Counted from the stretch's first letter, positions 22,090 through 36,136 are shown. The stretch: 64,000 nucleotides of DNA from Lingula anatina (GCA_051362555.1 CM120649.1:10292001-10356000), one strand, 5' to 3'. The notes: generated from the sequence alone by a model not told the origin. A program made the numbers and translations.

Positions 22090-23890
22090 GTCAAAAAGCA
22101 GATAATAAAGATGCAGAAAATAGGCCATTTTGTCAATTTTAATGCAATAAATAATTGTGGAATAACAGCACAGTCAATCAACACTGAATTTTAATTGTGC
22201 ACAAAAGGTACATGTAATATGGTCAATAAAATTAGAGTTTAAAGACCATGAGAGTTCAAATTCACATAATGAAAATCCCAATATGTGAAACATGATGACA
22301 GTATATAAAATAATATTACATAATGTTTAAAGACATAAACACCAACACAACTGCTTGTGTGGAAATACAGAAAATGTACAGAGCTTCAGGTGGATGTGAG
22401 TAAGAAGTCACACTTTGAAATGTGTTTAAAAAAATCAAAAAAGAAAACATAACAAAAAATATTCCAGTAAAGCTGCCATTCAAACTTTTAATCTAGCTGT
22501 ATTAACATGATATAAATAACCCCACTGAGTTTGAGGATAATAAGGCACTGTTATTCATCTACAGCATTAATGTTGGCATTACACAAAATATTTTTTTCTT
22601 TTGTAACTTATTTGCAATATTAAATAATAATAATAATAAATAACAATATTAAATAACATTTACCTGCATATAATTATCACCGATTCCTAATTATGTGACA
22701 ATGTTAATTTAGGCTTTTACAAAGAGTTACTGTATCTTGCAGAGAGCTAAACCTATGGAAAACTCAACGTGTGTTTTATGTAATCTCATTTAATGGCCTC
22801 TTGAAACTTAATTAGGCAAGATCGTTCTGAATTTAGCTTACCCAAGGGACAATTACAGAATGACCATCAATTGTATACATATAACACAAAGGACTATGTA
22901 AGAAATGAAATTTTCATAAAGAACTAGCTGCATTGATTCTGAAACAGAAAACAATCACACTGATTTTCCAACACAAGCTGCACCTCAGTCCAATGAATCT
23001 TTTCAGTTAGTTTGAGAATCATAAGTAACTACCCTCTACCAGGGCCGCAGTTATTATTCTCTGGACATTCTTGCCGAGGCAACCCTGTAAAGTTTGTCCA
23101 GATGGGAGCAATTAAATCTGCATGCATGCATGCAGATGGCATTGTACCTGCTCTGCAGAAGCTCAATGAGAGCTGGGCTTCACGTAGATGTGATTACCGC
23201 TTATTACGCAACCTGCCTGGTGTTGTCTGTCTGCTAAGGGACCATTTTTATTGTCACAGATGAGCAATTAAATGTCTTGATTACTGTCAATGGGACTTGG
23301 CAAGGATGTTAAGTGACAGTACCTGAGTAGTTATGCAAACAACTACCAGCTATGTAATCATCCTTGAGATTTCAGCACAGGATGACAGTACAGAGATTAG
23401 CCATCTATTTAACTAGAGACATATCTCTTCATATCTAGTGAAAAATCAATCTGAGGCCCTGGTAGAGGGTAATGAGTAACATGGTTTTCCCTTAAAGGTC
23501 ATCCTGGCAGCAACTTTTTCAACTTTCATGCAATATTACATAATGCTTAACAGCATATTGACCAGCAATTTTTAATGATAAAATAAAGTATCATGGATAT
23601 TCAGAAAATGTGACTAGCAAAGGTCTTCAAGCCCATGGAGGTTCAAAGTCACACCTTGAAAATATCAATATGTGAAAACAAAAACCTGTATAACTTCCAG
23701 AAAAATCAACCAATCAGACTTGTTTTCCAAAGCTGTATTTAAGTCTTGTGTTTCTTTCCTGTAAGTTTGAGATGGGTTAGTGACATGATTCTCCTTTAAT
23801 GGTCACTATTGAGGCAATGCCCAAAATAGTTTTCTTCAATTTTGATGCAATATTACATAAAGATTAACAGCATAATGACCATAGTAACTA
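22090..23890. repeat. Old degenerate satellite-like tract (with unique interruptions), paralogous to 53770-55750
   Basis: Recurrent tcaattttgatgcaatattacataa..aacagca and aaaggtcttca(a/g)gcccatgg..aagtcacac motifs. 22100-22500 aligns to ~53810-54340 and 23490-23880 to ~55200-55640. Confidence 0.7.
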
Positions 23891-24029
23891 TGGGCCTATC
23901 TCTGGCAGTTTTGGAGATACAAAGGAGTAAAATGGTGTATCTTTGCTCATTTTGGAGTTACAGTAATCACCCAAACCCAATATAGAAGTGCAAATGATGT
24001 CACAGACATGTTCCTACAAATATGTAGTG

Positions 24030-26720
24030 TACAGATTACAAACTATGTTTGATTATTTTAGGATCCCACATAAAGAAGTTTGTATTAAAGTTTCACTTTC
24101 CTGGAACCACGAATAACAAAAAAAATTAATCATCTTACCCCAAAAAGGAACATACGTTACTGTCACAAATGCAAAACGTCTAGCTGTGGAAACGTTTTTA
24201 TCACTTTGAAAATTCAATCATCACAGGTTTTGTTCTTTAATTTATCTCCTACAAGTATAACGTTGTAAAAAAATATGAAAATCTTCTGTTTAGAGCAGTT
24301 AATTGTTTTTTAGCGACTTTAATTTGCTTGTCACTAAATATTTAAAAAACAGGAAAAATACACCCTACCGACAGTAAAATAAGCATTTAATAAATTGTTT
24401 TTCCCCTCGTGCTCCAAATATTATATCTGAAATGTTAAACTATCATGGAATCACTATATATTTTTTCGGTCAGCAAAAGAAAACATTGTTTTCTCTTGCA
24501 CCTAGTACTTAAACAAACATTTTGTCAATTTTTCTAGGGAACATACGTTACCTAGTATTACGTAGCCATGACACAAAGCCCCATTAGTTACAGTTTAAAT
24601 ATTTATAAAAACGTCCTTCAAAATATAGAAGAAGCGGTTATAAAATTTAAAATTAGGTGGCCTGGAACATATGTTACCGGAACACACGTTACCAGTGAAA
24701 AACTATTTGTGCACGAAACTGGCTCCGAAAGAAAAACTAGCTCCTGTATGAGATGTCAGGTGGTTCTTTCTGTTGTCTGCTCTAGCTAAAGATTACATGA
24801 GGTGAGCTAAAAGTGTCAATAATCCATAAAATCCTCAGTGATGATGTAGGTGAAGTAAATGAATTTGTCATAATAAAAAATTTAATTCAAATACAGAAAT
24901 GAATGTCAAAGACAGAAATAAATGTCAAACAAGACTATGCAAGGAAAAAAATAATTGCCAACGCGTGCAGTGAGCGCAATGCCAAATACATTGATACCAG
25001 ATGGAAAATTATCATTATATGTACAATCAAATTATTTTTCAGAAAATAGCGAAAACGAGAGCTGAACGTAAAAAAAATTATCGATCTTGTAAAAAGTAAA
25101 TGAGGGTGACGCATATCTAGAAAGGGAAAGAAAACGAGTTCAAAAATACTATGTACCCTCCGCCTCCTTAAACAACCGTGAAAGACGAAAGAGAAAAGCA
25201 AAGACTAAATCACGAAAACGAAGACTTCACCACAGGAAAGAAGAGCTCCTAGCTGCTATGGAAGTTGCCGTGGCCAAACAAGGCTACCTTTATTATATAA
25301 CCTAATCATTTTAGCAATAATAACAATGTAGCAAATTGCTGCCTGTATTAAATGTTATGGTCGCAGGGATAAAAAATATATATAATATTCAATAAGACTC
25401 ATCATCATAAAAGTTATGATGACTTATAGAAAATGTTTTAGTAGCAGCAGTGGGTCAAGCTTAATGAGTTACGCCAAGAAGTAAGATGAAAATTTTGCAT
25501 AATATAGACAAGATTGCGAAGACGTAGATTTCTTTCCGCTGCTCCTGGCATGTGCGGGAATCGTCTGTTGAGGACTCTTGAAAAGGGGATGAACTGGTCG
25601 AAAGGTAGATGGATGGGAGTGGCAGAAAAAAAAACATGCAAGCTGTACAAGATTTTTTAAACGAGACAACTATAGGAGAGCCGAACCGGGAAAAGCAGAT
25701 GCACGCAAATTAAAAGATGGAGAGAAAATGTAAACTAGAATGCTGACAGATTACATTGCTAACTTATACAACATAAAGATATCTATGGAAATCTTTTCGA
25801 AGCCTTCGACCCAGGCACGTTCTGTTAACATCACATATTGCCAGGCACAGCTGTCTTTGCACAAAGCACCAGAATATGGTGCTGCTTCTAAAGGAGACAG
25901 GAGAAGATGGGAGAGCATATATTTATCACTGAGTCCTGATGCTTTCATTGAAGGCCGTACAGCTTTAAACGAGAGTGAGTGGCAAAAAATACCCGAAAAT
26001 GTTAAATACAATCAGTGGAAATCCAAGACAAAGACCGCAAGAAAAATAACATGCGTTTATGCGAGAATGAAGTTCATGCAGAAAGACGAGTTCTTGTCCT
26101 TCCTCAGTTACCAAAAGAAAAAATTCATCGAGCATGTTGGCAGAGTAAAGCACAGTATGAGCAATTAAGAAATCTCAAGGAAACTCTTCTAAGAAATCAT
26201 GTAGCCTATAATTTGCCTTAAACAGCGACTGATAAGAACCATAGAGACCCTTGAACTCTGAAGTGAGATCCGTCTTCCGTATCTTTTCTGTGCCTGTGGA
26301 ACATACGTTTCATTATAGTCTGCGAAGGATGCGAGGCACAGTTGGTATTGTAATCTATACACTCAAAATTTGAAAGTGTAAATGAATTTTAAATTCACGA
26401 AGAATATGACCAGTGGTAGATAACTTTTAGGTAACAGTTTTCAATTCTCTATACAATTGACAATTACTGCTATTGAAAGTGTCATCAACGTGGACATTGT
26501 AAAGAAAAATGGCCTTTAGTTTGAAAGTAATTTTCCTAGATCTGGTCAATACGAATGTATTTTCCTATCACTTTTCTATTATTAATGACTCATAGGGTTC
26601 TGATAGTGTTAAGCTTGCAAAAATTTCCACAGCGCTCAACTAATGATCGTGATTTGTATCAGGCGATTCAGTGGTAACGTATATTCTTTCTTACACTTTT
26701 TTACTTGAAACGGGCATCGT
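24030..26720 (+). mobile_element. Degraded Sola2-like DNA transposon (ends uncertain)
   Basis: Repeated ggaacatacgttac motif (24148, 24538, 24664, 24679) with an inverted copy near 26675, flanking a transposase remnant. Confidence 0.55.
24900..26560 (+). pseudogene. Sola2-like transposase remnant
   Basis: FFKRDNYRRAEPGKADARKLKDGEKM*TRMLTDYIANLYNIK.ISMEIFSK.RP and VKYNQW..FIEHVGRVK/AQYEQLRNLKETL match the recalled F..DD.SR..PGKKD..KR.L and F..H....QY...LKE.L motifs. Many stops and frameshifts. Confidence 0.65.
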
Positions 26721-27005
26721 TAGTATGATGCACTGCAGATGATAGGTATTTAGAAATGATACTAGCAAAAGTCTTCAGGCCCATTGAAGTTCATAGTCAC
26801 ACTTTGAAAATACAATGATGTAAAAAAATGAATTTTACACACACATAAAAACAAACACTCACACTCCTTTCATAACAACAACAACAAAAAAGTATGAGAT
26901 CAGGCTGGTTTTAAAACTTGAGTTGAATCTGAGTCATATTTATCAGTCCTGTAAGTTTGAAGACAGGCAATTTCCATGAAATAGGGGATCTGCATTACAT
27001 ATTAC

Positions 27006-27006
<1 letters not shown>

Positions 27007-27049
<43 letters not shown>
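27007..27049. repeat. (TA)n microsatellite
   Basis: Read directly from the sequence. Confidence 0.95.
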
Positions 27050-27051
<2 letters not shown>

Positions 27052-27116
27052 TGGAAAAATAATGCATACTGAAAAAAAAACAGCATAGCATTAAAAAAAA
27101 CTCTAAAGAAGCAGGT

Positions 27117-27260
27117 TTTGAAATTCAACCTGTATCTAAGTCACATTCATCAGTCCTGTAAGTTTTGAAATTCAACCTGTATCTAAGTCACATTCATCAG
27201 TCCTGTAAGTTTTGAAATTCAACCTGTATCTAAGTCACATTCATCAGTCCTGTAAGTTTT
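27117..27260. repeat. Perfect 47-bp tandem repeat, 3 copies
   Basis: aaattcaacctgtatctaagtcacattcatcagtcctgtaagtttt at 27121, 27168 and 27215. Confidence 0.95.
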
Positions 27261-28049
27261 ATAGGTGTTATCTTTATTCCATATATTATATGCTGAGAAA
27301 TAAAACAAAAAACACATAAATTCATGAAAAATGGTCCCATCAAGCTGATTTTTAGACTTGGCCTGTATTTTAATACTATTAATCAGTCCTGTAAGTTTGA
27401 AATGTGTTATCTGTACAGCATATATTATAATACATGCAAAAAAAGCATCAAAATAATATTGATCACTCCTGAAGGTTTAAAGACAATATTATTGGTTTTC
27501 CTTGAAATGTGTTGTCAGTGTTGCATACAGCATAAAAAATACTGAAAAAAATATACGAGCATAACTTCCAGAAGAATAGTTTGAATAACTGGATTTTCAG
27601 ATTCAACCTGTACTCCAGTAACATTGGTCACTCCTGTAAATTTGAAAAGGAAAAGGTCTATCGGTTTTCCTTGAAATGTGTTGCCTGTATTGCATACATG
27701 CTGAAAAAAGTGAAAAAAAAAGGTTAATTTTTGAAAAAATTGGTGGGATCATGCCGGTTTTCGAATTCCGCCTGTATGTCACGAATGTTCATCAGTTTTG
27801 CAAGCTTGAAGACAATAGATCTACCAGTTTTCCACATAATAATATCATGTTGACTCTGAAAGTGCATGTTGACACTGAAAGTGCACAGGACACAACAACA
27901 GATGCAGGTGATGGTTACATATACAGGCACAATGTGTCTGTACATAAAACAGTGAAAATAATAAATTCAAAGAAACAATCTGATTGAATAATATAATAAG
28001 CAAGTGAAAAAAGCAATGTATTTCCAATTATATATACCGGTATAACACC

Positions 28050-28916
28050 ACTTGCTGATGTCACAATGTTCAATCTCTTACCAAAATACAGCAGCAGTTG
28101 TTGATGTTGTTAAAATGCATAATCTATTCCCATATTGCAACTGCAATTGTTGATGTCACAATGCTCAATGTATTCCCATAATGCAACTGCTATTGTTGAT
28201 GTCACAATGCTCAATGTATTCCCATAATGCAACAGCAAATGTCGATGTCACAATGCTCATTGTATTCCCATATTAGTGCAACTGTATTGTTGATGTCCCA
28301 ATGCTCAATGTATTACCATAATGCAACTGCTATTGTTGATGTCCCAATGCTCAATATATTACCATAATGCAACTGCTATTGTTGATGTCACAATGCTCAA
28401 TGTATTCCCATAATACAACAGCAAATGTTGATGTCACAATGCTCAATGTATTCCCATAATGCAACTGCTATTGTTGATGTCACAATGCTCAATATATTCC
28501 CATAATGCAACTGCTATTGTTGATGTCACAATGCTCATTGTATTCCCATAATGCAACTGCTATTGTTGATGTCACAATGCTCAATGTATTACCATAATGC
28601 AACTGCTATTGTTGATGTCACAATGCTCAATGTTTTCCCATATTGCAACTGCAATTGTTGATGTCACAATTCTCAATATATTCCCATAATATAACTGCAA
28701 TTGTTGATGTCACAATGCTCAATGTATTCCCATAATATATCTGCAATTGTTGATGTCACAATGCTCAATGTATTACCATAATACAACTGCAATTGTTGAT
28801 GTCACAATGCTCAATGTATTCCCATAATACAACTGCAATTATTGATGTCACAATGCTCAATGTATTCCCATAACACAACCACAATTGTTGATGTCACAAT
28901 GCTCAATGTATTCTCA
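28050..28916. repeat. 46-bp minisatellite, about 18-19 copies
   Basis: Unit gttgatgtcacaatgctcaatgtattcccataatgcaactgctatt. Degenerate copies resume at ~29720-29810. Confidence 0.95.
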
Positions 28917-29409
28917 CTTTGAACTACTCGGATGTCTACGCACTCGACAATAACCTCGGATGTGATGTGATGGCATCCATGTTGATTGTTGGAAAGGAAC
29001 TACTTTCAACCTCAAACCATAAACCTTTGTACCAGCAGGAATTCTTAGTGTCCTGGAATCTTTCCTTCAAATCAATGTCAATATGAGTACATTCTTTAGC
29101 AAACTGTAAAGCTTCAGAAAAATCAGGGGTAATGGAAAAACCACTGTTGTCACCCATGTTTATGCGCAGAAAGTTGAGTGAGAAGGCATTTCCGGCAGAC
29201 AAAATGCATGGATTTGATGCATATTCCTCCACCTATCACATCCGAGGTGAGTATGGTACGTGAGTATGAAGCATGCGGAATCAGTCGAGGATTGCCGATT
29301 GATGTATTCTCATATAATACTACATATACATGTACAACTGTTCATGTAATATTGTTCAATGTGTTTCAATAATAAAAGAGCAACTGTTGGTCTTTCCACA
29401 TTCAATGTC

Positions 29410-29720
29410 TAAGGATCCATTCAGAATGAGAAGAGCTGACTGCTAGCTAGGCCACAACCTTAATACATGAAAGGAAGACCGCTTAATCCTGTTGTGGTCT
29501 CTCCGCCTCTTACACACCTCCCCACATGTCTTCCCTTGACCAAATGAATTGAACCAAGATTTAATTACTGTGCCCCTGTAGGGACGACACGTTGGGAGGC
29601 ATACATGTGAGAGGTGGAGAGACCATTACAAGATTAAGTGGTCTTCCTTTCATGTAGATCTGTCATATTTAGGTTGTGGCCTAGCTAGCACTCGGCTCTT
29701 CTCATTCTGAATGGTCCCTA
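29410..29720. mobile_element. Foldback MITE (~120-bp imperfect arms)
   Basis: ccattcagaatgagaagagc..gctagctaggccacaacct..catgaaaggaagacc, with the reverse complement ending ctgaatggtcccta. Confidence 0.8.
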
Positions 29721-30169
29721 TGTATAATGCAACAGCAACAGTTGAAAACACAATTTCCTATGTCTTCCCATTATAAAACAGCAATTATTGTTACTTAAAT
29801 GCTCATTCTTTTTAACACAACAAGAGAAAGCAATGTGACCATTTTTTGGAGGTATAAAAAATATAAATAAAACAATGAGGTGAAGGCTCATATTGTGTAA
29901 AACTGCTCTGTAGTTAAAAATTCTAAAAAAGGCTAAAAAACACAGATGATGTCACCAAGCTAGATATGCCGATCAATTAAACAAGCATGGTTCTTCAATG
30001 GCATTTTTAATGACACTGTATATTGCGAAGCCAAGACAGTGATACCAGTGAATATCAAATACATATATATTAGAAGAAAAATTGAAAAAAAAAGACATTA
30101 AATTGAAAGAGGTGCTATTTATTAGTTATTATACATAAAAATGATCACAAAACCCTAAACAAACAAGAA

Positions 30170-33100
30170 GTGCACGCTATTGACTGATGGGTGCACTGAT
30201 GTTGGATGGTCCTTTTATATTATATGTTGTTTAATATATATGACAAGGATTAAAATAGGGTGTATGAACTGCAGAACCAAGTTCAAAGAAGAGACATTTG
30301 ATGTTTGTTTGAAAAAGTATGAGACTGAATGACAAGCATTGTGAAAACACAGCAGCAAAGCTGTTAAATATACTGTAATAAAACAGATAATAATAATAAT
30401 GCTATAATAGCTAGCGTAAAAAGGTGAAATGTGTATCATCATACTACACTGATAACTTTATAAATATTTCCCTCTGGAATTCCCGATCGATACAGGGCAA
30501 AATTCCATCTCTTGTCACCTCTATAGCAGAGAAGAATACAGATATTTTCATGATTACCGAGACCTGGATTACTGACAAAAATCGAAATTATGTAAATGCA
30601 GATTTTCAATCATCCTTAAATGGGTATAACATCTACCATCTGCCGAGATCAGCCAGGAAAGGGGGTGGCATTGCTGTAGTTGTGCGAAATAACATGAAAG
30701 TTGTAAAAAACATAAATCATTCATTCAATTCATTTGAGATAATGGACCTAACGGTGCAAATTAGAAAGGAACTGTTGCGTCTATTTGTAATATATAGGCC
30801 ACCGTACTCAGCAAAACACAAGTATACAATTCCTTATTTCATTGATGAATTTTCTGTACTTTTGGAGACAGCTATTGTTTCATCTGGTCACTTAGTAATT
30901 GCAGGGGACTTCAACATCCATGTGGATGACGACGAATGTAGTGACGTGGAAAAATTCAATGATCTGTTATCCTCAGTGGGACTTGAACAGCATGTTGAAA
31001 GTTTTACTCATTCGAAAGGTCATGTTTTAGATCTTGTTTTAACAAGAAAAAACTCATGTCTCAGTAACTTCTTCGTAGATCACACTTTGCCCTCTGATCA
31101 TGCAGCAGTTCATTTCGTAGCCAATGCCAACCGCCCAGCGCCAACTAAAGTAGTCAAACAGAGCCGGCTACTTTCCAGAATTGACAGTGACATCTTAAAC
31201 AGGGAACTTTCAAATGCTTTAAGTCAGATGGTCAGCATATCTGACATAAATTTACAAGTTACTCACTACAATAATTTGTTATCAAAGGCCATTGATAACC
31301 AGGCTCCATTACAGGAAAAGAGAGTGACAGTAAAGCCAAAGGCTACATGGATCACACCAGAGTTGTTAGAAAAGCGTAAGGAAATCCATAAGCTGGAAAG
31401 AAAATGGCTTGGCACTAGACTTGAAATACATAAACAGATTTTCACAGATGCCAGATCCAAGTATAATTTTCGTCTTAACACATGCAAAGCAGAATACCAC
31501 CGAAATTGTATTGATTCTGCCGATCAGAAAGCCCTATTCAGAATTGTTGATAACATCTCTAACTCTTCATCCACCCAACTTAGAGTACTGCCTGATTTAG
31601 AGAAAAACTTATTACCTCAAGTTTTTGCACAATTTTTTACTAAAAAGATACAGGACATAAGATGTACCCTAGATAAACATGATCCAAAGCTCATAGAGTC
31701 ACCAGTTTCTTCTCAAACAGTACTGACAAAATTCGCCCAAGTGAGTATCGAACAAGTAGTTGCCATGATGAAAGCCATGCCAGCAAAATCCTGCTCACTG
31801 GACCCAATGCCAACATACTTAGTAAAGGATTGCATAGAAGCAGTATCTCCAGCACTCATGAAAATAACAAATACATCTTTTGAGTCTGGAATTTTTCCTG
31901 ATCTCTGTAAAACTGCTGTTGTAAAGCCTCTCTTAAAGAAGAGCAGTCTTGAAAGAAACGAGCTGAAAAACTATAGACCAATTTCCAACTGCTCTTTCAT
32001 TAGTAAATTTCTGGAAAAAATGGCATTCTCGCAACTGAACAACTACTTAACAGCACATTCTCTGTATGGTAAATTCCAATCAGCCTACAGAACGGGTCAT
32101 AGTACTGAAACAGCCCTGCTAAAGGTTCAAAATGATATCATGCTCTCATTAAACAATCACTGTGATGTCATCTTGGTCCTCTTGGATCTTTCTGCTGCTT
32201 TCGACACGATTGACCATGATATTTTACTACAACGTTTGCAGTGCAGGTTTGGCATTACAGGAATGGCGATTGATTGGTTGAGCTCTTACTTAAAGGGAAG
32301 AACACAAAAAGTGGAAATTAATTCCCTTCTTTCTGCCCCTGAAAACCTGAAATATGGTGTTCCACAGGGATCGGTGTTAGGCCCACTACTTTTTTCACTC
32401 TATATGGTGCCTCTTGAGGAGATCATTTCTAAGCACAATCTTCAGACCACAATTTTTGCTGATGATACTCAGATTTATGTAACTTGTGATAGTCGGTGTG
32501 ATTATTCTGTAGTGTCAGACATAGAGAAATGTATTGATGAGATCCGGGTGTGGATGCTTTCAAATAAGCTGGCTCTAAATGACACTAAAACGGAAATAAT
32601 CTGGTTTTCATCTTAATTTAAAGATAGAAAGGACTGTGCTACTAACACTAATGTTCGCATTGGCAATGTGTCTGTGAAAGCATCTGTCAGTGCTATAAAT
32701 TTAGGTGTGTTTTTTGATTCAGCTGGGATCTTTGACAAGCATATAGACAATGTTTGTAAGTCGGCATCTTTTTCACTGTGGAGAATAGGGAAGATTCGGA
32801 ATTTACTAAATATAGAAACAACTACAAAATTAGTTCATGCTTTTATTACATCAAAATTAGATTATTGCAACAGTATTCTTTTTGGGGTGAGTGACAGCAA
32901 ATTGAAAAAAATCCAATTGATTCAAAATTCAGCGGCCAGATTAGTTAAAAAGATAAGGAACCAGAGCTTGGATCATATCACTCAAGTGTTAAAGGAATTG
33001 CATTGGCTGCCAATCAAACAAAGAATTTTATTCAAAGTGTTGTGCATAATTTTTAGAGCTTTTAAAGAAAACACACCTGGTTATATTGCACATCTTATTC

Positions 33101-33563
33101 AGTCATCTGAACCACGCAGGTTAACAAGAAACTCTTTTGAAAACAATTTTATACTCAATCACTGTGAAATAGACAGAAAATGCAACAAATTCTATGGAGA
33201 CCGGGCTTTTACTGTTTATGCTCCAAAATTGTGGAACAAATTGCCTTTTAGTATCAGAGCTGAAAGTGACTATAATACTTTTAAAGCCTGTCTTAAAACT
33301 CATCTTTTTAAAGAATTTTATGGCTAGTGTTCCTTTAAACCTTTTAGTTATCATTTATTAAGAGTGAGCTTGGGTTAATTTTAGTAGTATTTTAAAGTTA
33401 TATCAATAAATTTTCTCTGCTTTCTTTAATTAATTAATTTTATCAGTAAATGTTAAAGTATTTTAGTATTGTTATTTTTAGACTTTTTAATTATTTGTAA
33501 AGTGCATTGAAATGTAAAAAATGGAATGCGCTATATAAGAAATAAATATTATTATTATTATTA
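30170..33563 (+). mobile_element. CR1/L2-group LINE with near-complete ORF2 and (TTA)n tail
   Basis: APE-RT ORF, AT-rich 3' UTR ending gcgctatataagaaataaa then (tta)n. The 5' boundary is approximate. Confidence 0.9.
30424..33327 (+). pseudogene. LINE ORF2 (APE endonuclease + RT) with a single in-frame TAA at 32614-32616
   Basis: WNSRS, ITETW, GGGIA, IYRPP, GDFNIH, LDLV, SDH (APE); NYRPIS, LDLSAAFDTIDH, GVPQGSVLGPLLF, FADDTQIY (RT). ORFs 30424-32616 and 32668-33327 are in the same frame. Confidence 0.92.
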
Positions 33564-34105
33564 AAAAACAGGTTTGTCTTCAATTTTAATGCAATATTAC
33601 TTTGTTTACCAGCAAAATCACAATCACTTTTTCATTATGTGCACAAGTAAATAAAGGGATTGCAACTCTTCATTTGGCAAGAAAATTGACACAAAACAGC
33701 CTTTCCTGGGGTAAACAATGCTTTTACCACACTAAACAGTGGTTCACCAATCCTTTCTGACAGTTACCCGGTAGTCCACTGAGACTACAACACACTTTAA
33801 GGTGATGCCATGGGTGTATGTACAGATGCACAACAAAGACATACCCATCCCTATATATGATAATAAAAACTATCATAAATCAATCACTTTTGTCAAAAAC
33901 TCATGAAATTTCACCAACCAGATATTGTTAATGAGGGCCCAAAGCAGCCCAGAGAGCTTGCAATTGTTTCTTGAGGAATCACAAGAGCGAACTTTTTGAC
34001 AAAAATCTGGTGACAGAAATCCCATGCCTGATCCCAGAAAGATATTGATGACATATAAACATAGCACTGATACCAAATAGATCTAGATATAATAATATCA
34101 AATAA

Positions 34106-34190
34106 CAGTGGCAGATTCAGAGGGGGGTCAGGGGGGTCCTGACCCCCCCCCCCCCCCTTCGATTTCTGGTCCCCTCTTGAAATCAGAATT
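34106..34190. mobile_element. CAGTGGCGGAT-type MITE left-end fragment
   Basis: cagtggcagattcagaggggggtcaggggggtcctgacccccc. Confidence 0.55.
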
Positions 34191-34282
34191 TTGACCAGCT
34201 GAAACAGTTCTAAACCGTACCAAATGACACCCTTCGCACACTAAAATAAGAAATCTTTGGGGGGCATCTCTAATCACTTTAC

Positions 34283-34434
34283 CCGAGTTCCCCTAGTACT
34301 GCCTTCCTGATGTGTTGACCACTGTCCTCTACGAGTGACCCACTCCTTGTTCTCAAGTAGAGACTTAATTGGGTTTGCTGGGTGGAAATAGTACTGACAG
34401 CATATAGCTTTACTTCTGCATTTACGCCCTGGAG
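34283..34434 (-). other. Exon-like segment, duplicated at 36378-36571
   Basis: Minus strand: tttctctcag acceptor-like, 152 nt open in two frames, gtaaag donor-like. The paralog is bounded by tttccctcag and gtaaac. Product not recognised. Confidence 0.3.
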
Positions 34435-34823
34435 CTGAGAGAAAGCATACAATTTTATAGTCTGAATGAAGTGAAAACAATGATGTAAAAATGGGAAGGA
34501 TCTAAGTGCAAGTGAAATCTCTGCAACATATATGGAAAAGATAAATTGAAATGATGATATTGTAATGTTTTAAAACTTGAATTACGTACTATACAAGTTA
34601 TGATAATGTATCATACAATGCCAACTGTTATGCCTTACTTCTTTACTGTTGTTTCAATCACTAGAAGTAGTGAGAAATAGTAGTAGTAAACAATTTGATT
34701 TATTCTGTTGGTCAATAGCTACTCAGCTAATGCTTGTACTTTCACTCTTTCCAACACGAAATAAACTGTGTTGTATATTGTATTGTACTATTGGGTTGCA
34801 GCTGGGTAAGGTAGCACATGCTA

Positions 34824-34827
34824 CTCT

Positions 34828-34883
<56 letters not shown>

Positions 34884-35162
34884 TTCTCTCCCACTCTGTC
34901 TCTCTATCTCCTTCTTTCTCTCTTCCCCCCTTTCTCTTCCTCTTGTAAACTAAACTCTCTCTCAGTGACTCTCTTTCAAACACACACACACACACACACA
35001 CTCTCTCTCTCTCTCTCCTGCTGTCTCTCTATCTCCTTTCTCTTCCTCTTGTAAACTCTCTCTCTCTCTCTCTCTCAAACACGCGCACACACACACATGC
35101 ACACACAAAAACTCTCTCTCCCTCTCCTCTCTGTCTCTTTCTTTCTCTTTTGCCCTTTTACA

Positions 35163-35203
<41 letters not shown>
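34824..35203. repeat. Compound (CT)n/(CA)n microsatellite array
   Basis: Four to five alternating CT and CA blocks, with a repeated linker tctcttcctcttgtaaact. Confidence 0.92.
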
Positions 35204-36083
35204 CCTAAAATCCCTGTGCATTTTTGTATAAGCTGATAAACAGATTTATTTTATTAATTAACTAATTATTAAGAAATGGATCACAACAAAAATCAGGTTT
35301 TTTGTTTCTCAGCCTCCTCAGTTTCTACAAATGTCATCAAACTCTATTTATAAACACCTTTTTGCATGTTTCTAGGATTCTAGGACAACTTCCCCCAGGA
35401 CAATTCTCCCCAAGGAATATATATTTATATACAAATATAAAGTAAAAAGTTTAAAAAGTAAAGTTTAAAACATTTTATCCATTTTAGTGTGATAATACAA
35501 CTTGATCATAAAACAAATTATTTTATAACAAATTCCTTTTGCATTAAATACAACTTCAAGTACAGAAAGTTTTATTAAATATCTAATCAAAGTGTAACCA
35601 CCTATCCTCCAGGTAAAGGTGGGGTACACAGAGGAACAGGTAAACAGACGCTTTATGAATATTTGTAGTGTTTGGAGTAGTGGATAGGTGGGTAGCTGTC
35701 AAGCAATTAAAAGTGACAGGGAATAGTCCTGATAATCATTAGGACAGATGAACTCAGTACACAACCTGATTCGTGGAGGTAATAAATTATGATTTAAAAC
35801 CTGTCACTGGGCAAAAATTAATTCTTAATCTTAATTACTAAATATGTCAATTGCATGTCAAGTAATAAATTTGCACATAATCATTATTCATATTTTGCTC
35901 CATTTGTCTGTCTTCCACTATAGATTGTAAAATGTAACAAATTGTTGTAATTCACACCAGGTGCATTTCTACAATCCCTCTTCTCTCCCAGTTCAAAGAG
36001 TGTCATTTCAATATTTCAAGTTGTTATCAAGTCAGTCAACCATAAAAGGAATGCTGAGCTGTAGTCAACAAATGAAATTCTAG

Positions 36084-36090
36084 CATAATG

Positions 36091-36136
<46 letters not shown>
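36084..36136. repeat. (TAA)n microsatellite
   Basis: Read directly from the sequence. Confidence 0.95.

Larger units (their letters stand above)
26745..27950 (+). mobile_element. Helentron-associated (HINE-like) element 3' part: ~160-bp monomers plus terminal hairpin
   Basis: Monomers homologous to 56140-57230. Ends with aaagtgcac..atatacaggcac-aat-gtgtctgtacat-aaaa, the same hairpin as at 57308-57337. Confidence 0.65.

Noticed and set aside
28050-28916. Regular short repeats resembling a CRISPR array
   Set aside because: Head-to-tail 46-bp units with no unique spacers, no cas genes, and a eukaryotic context: a minisatellite.
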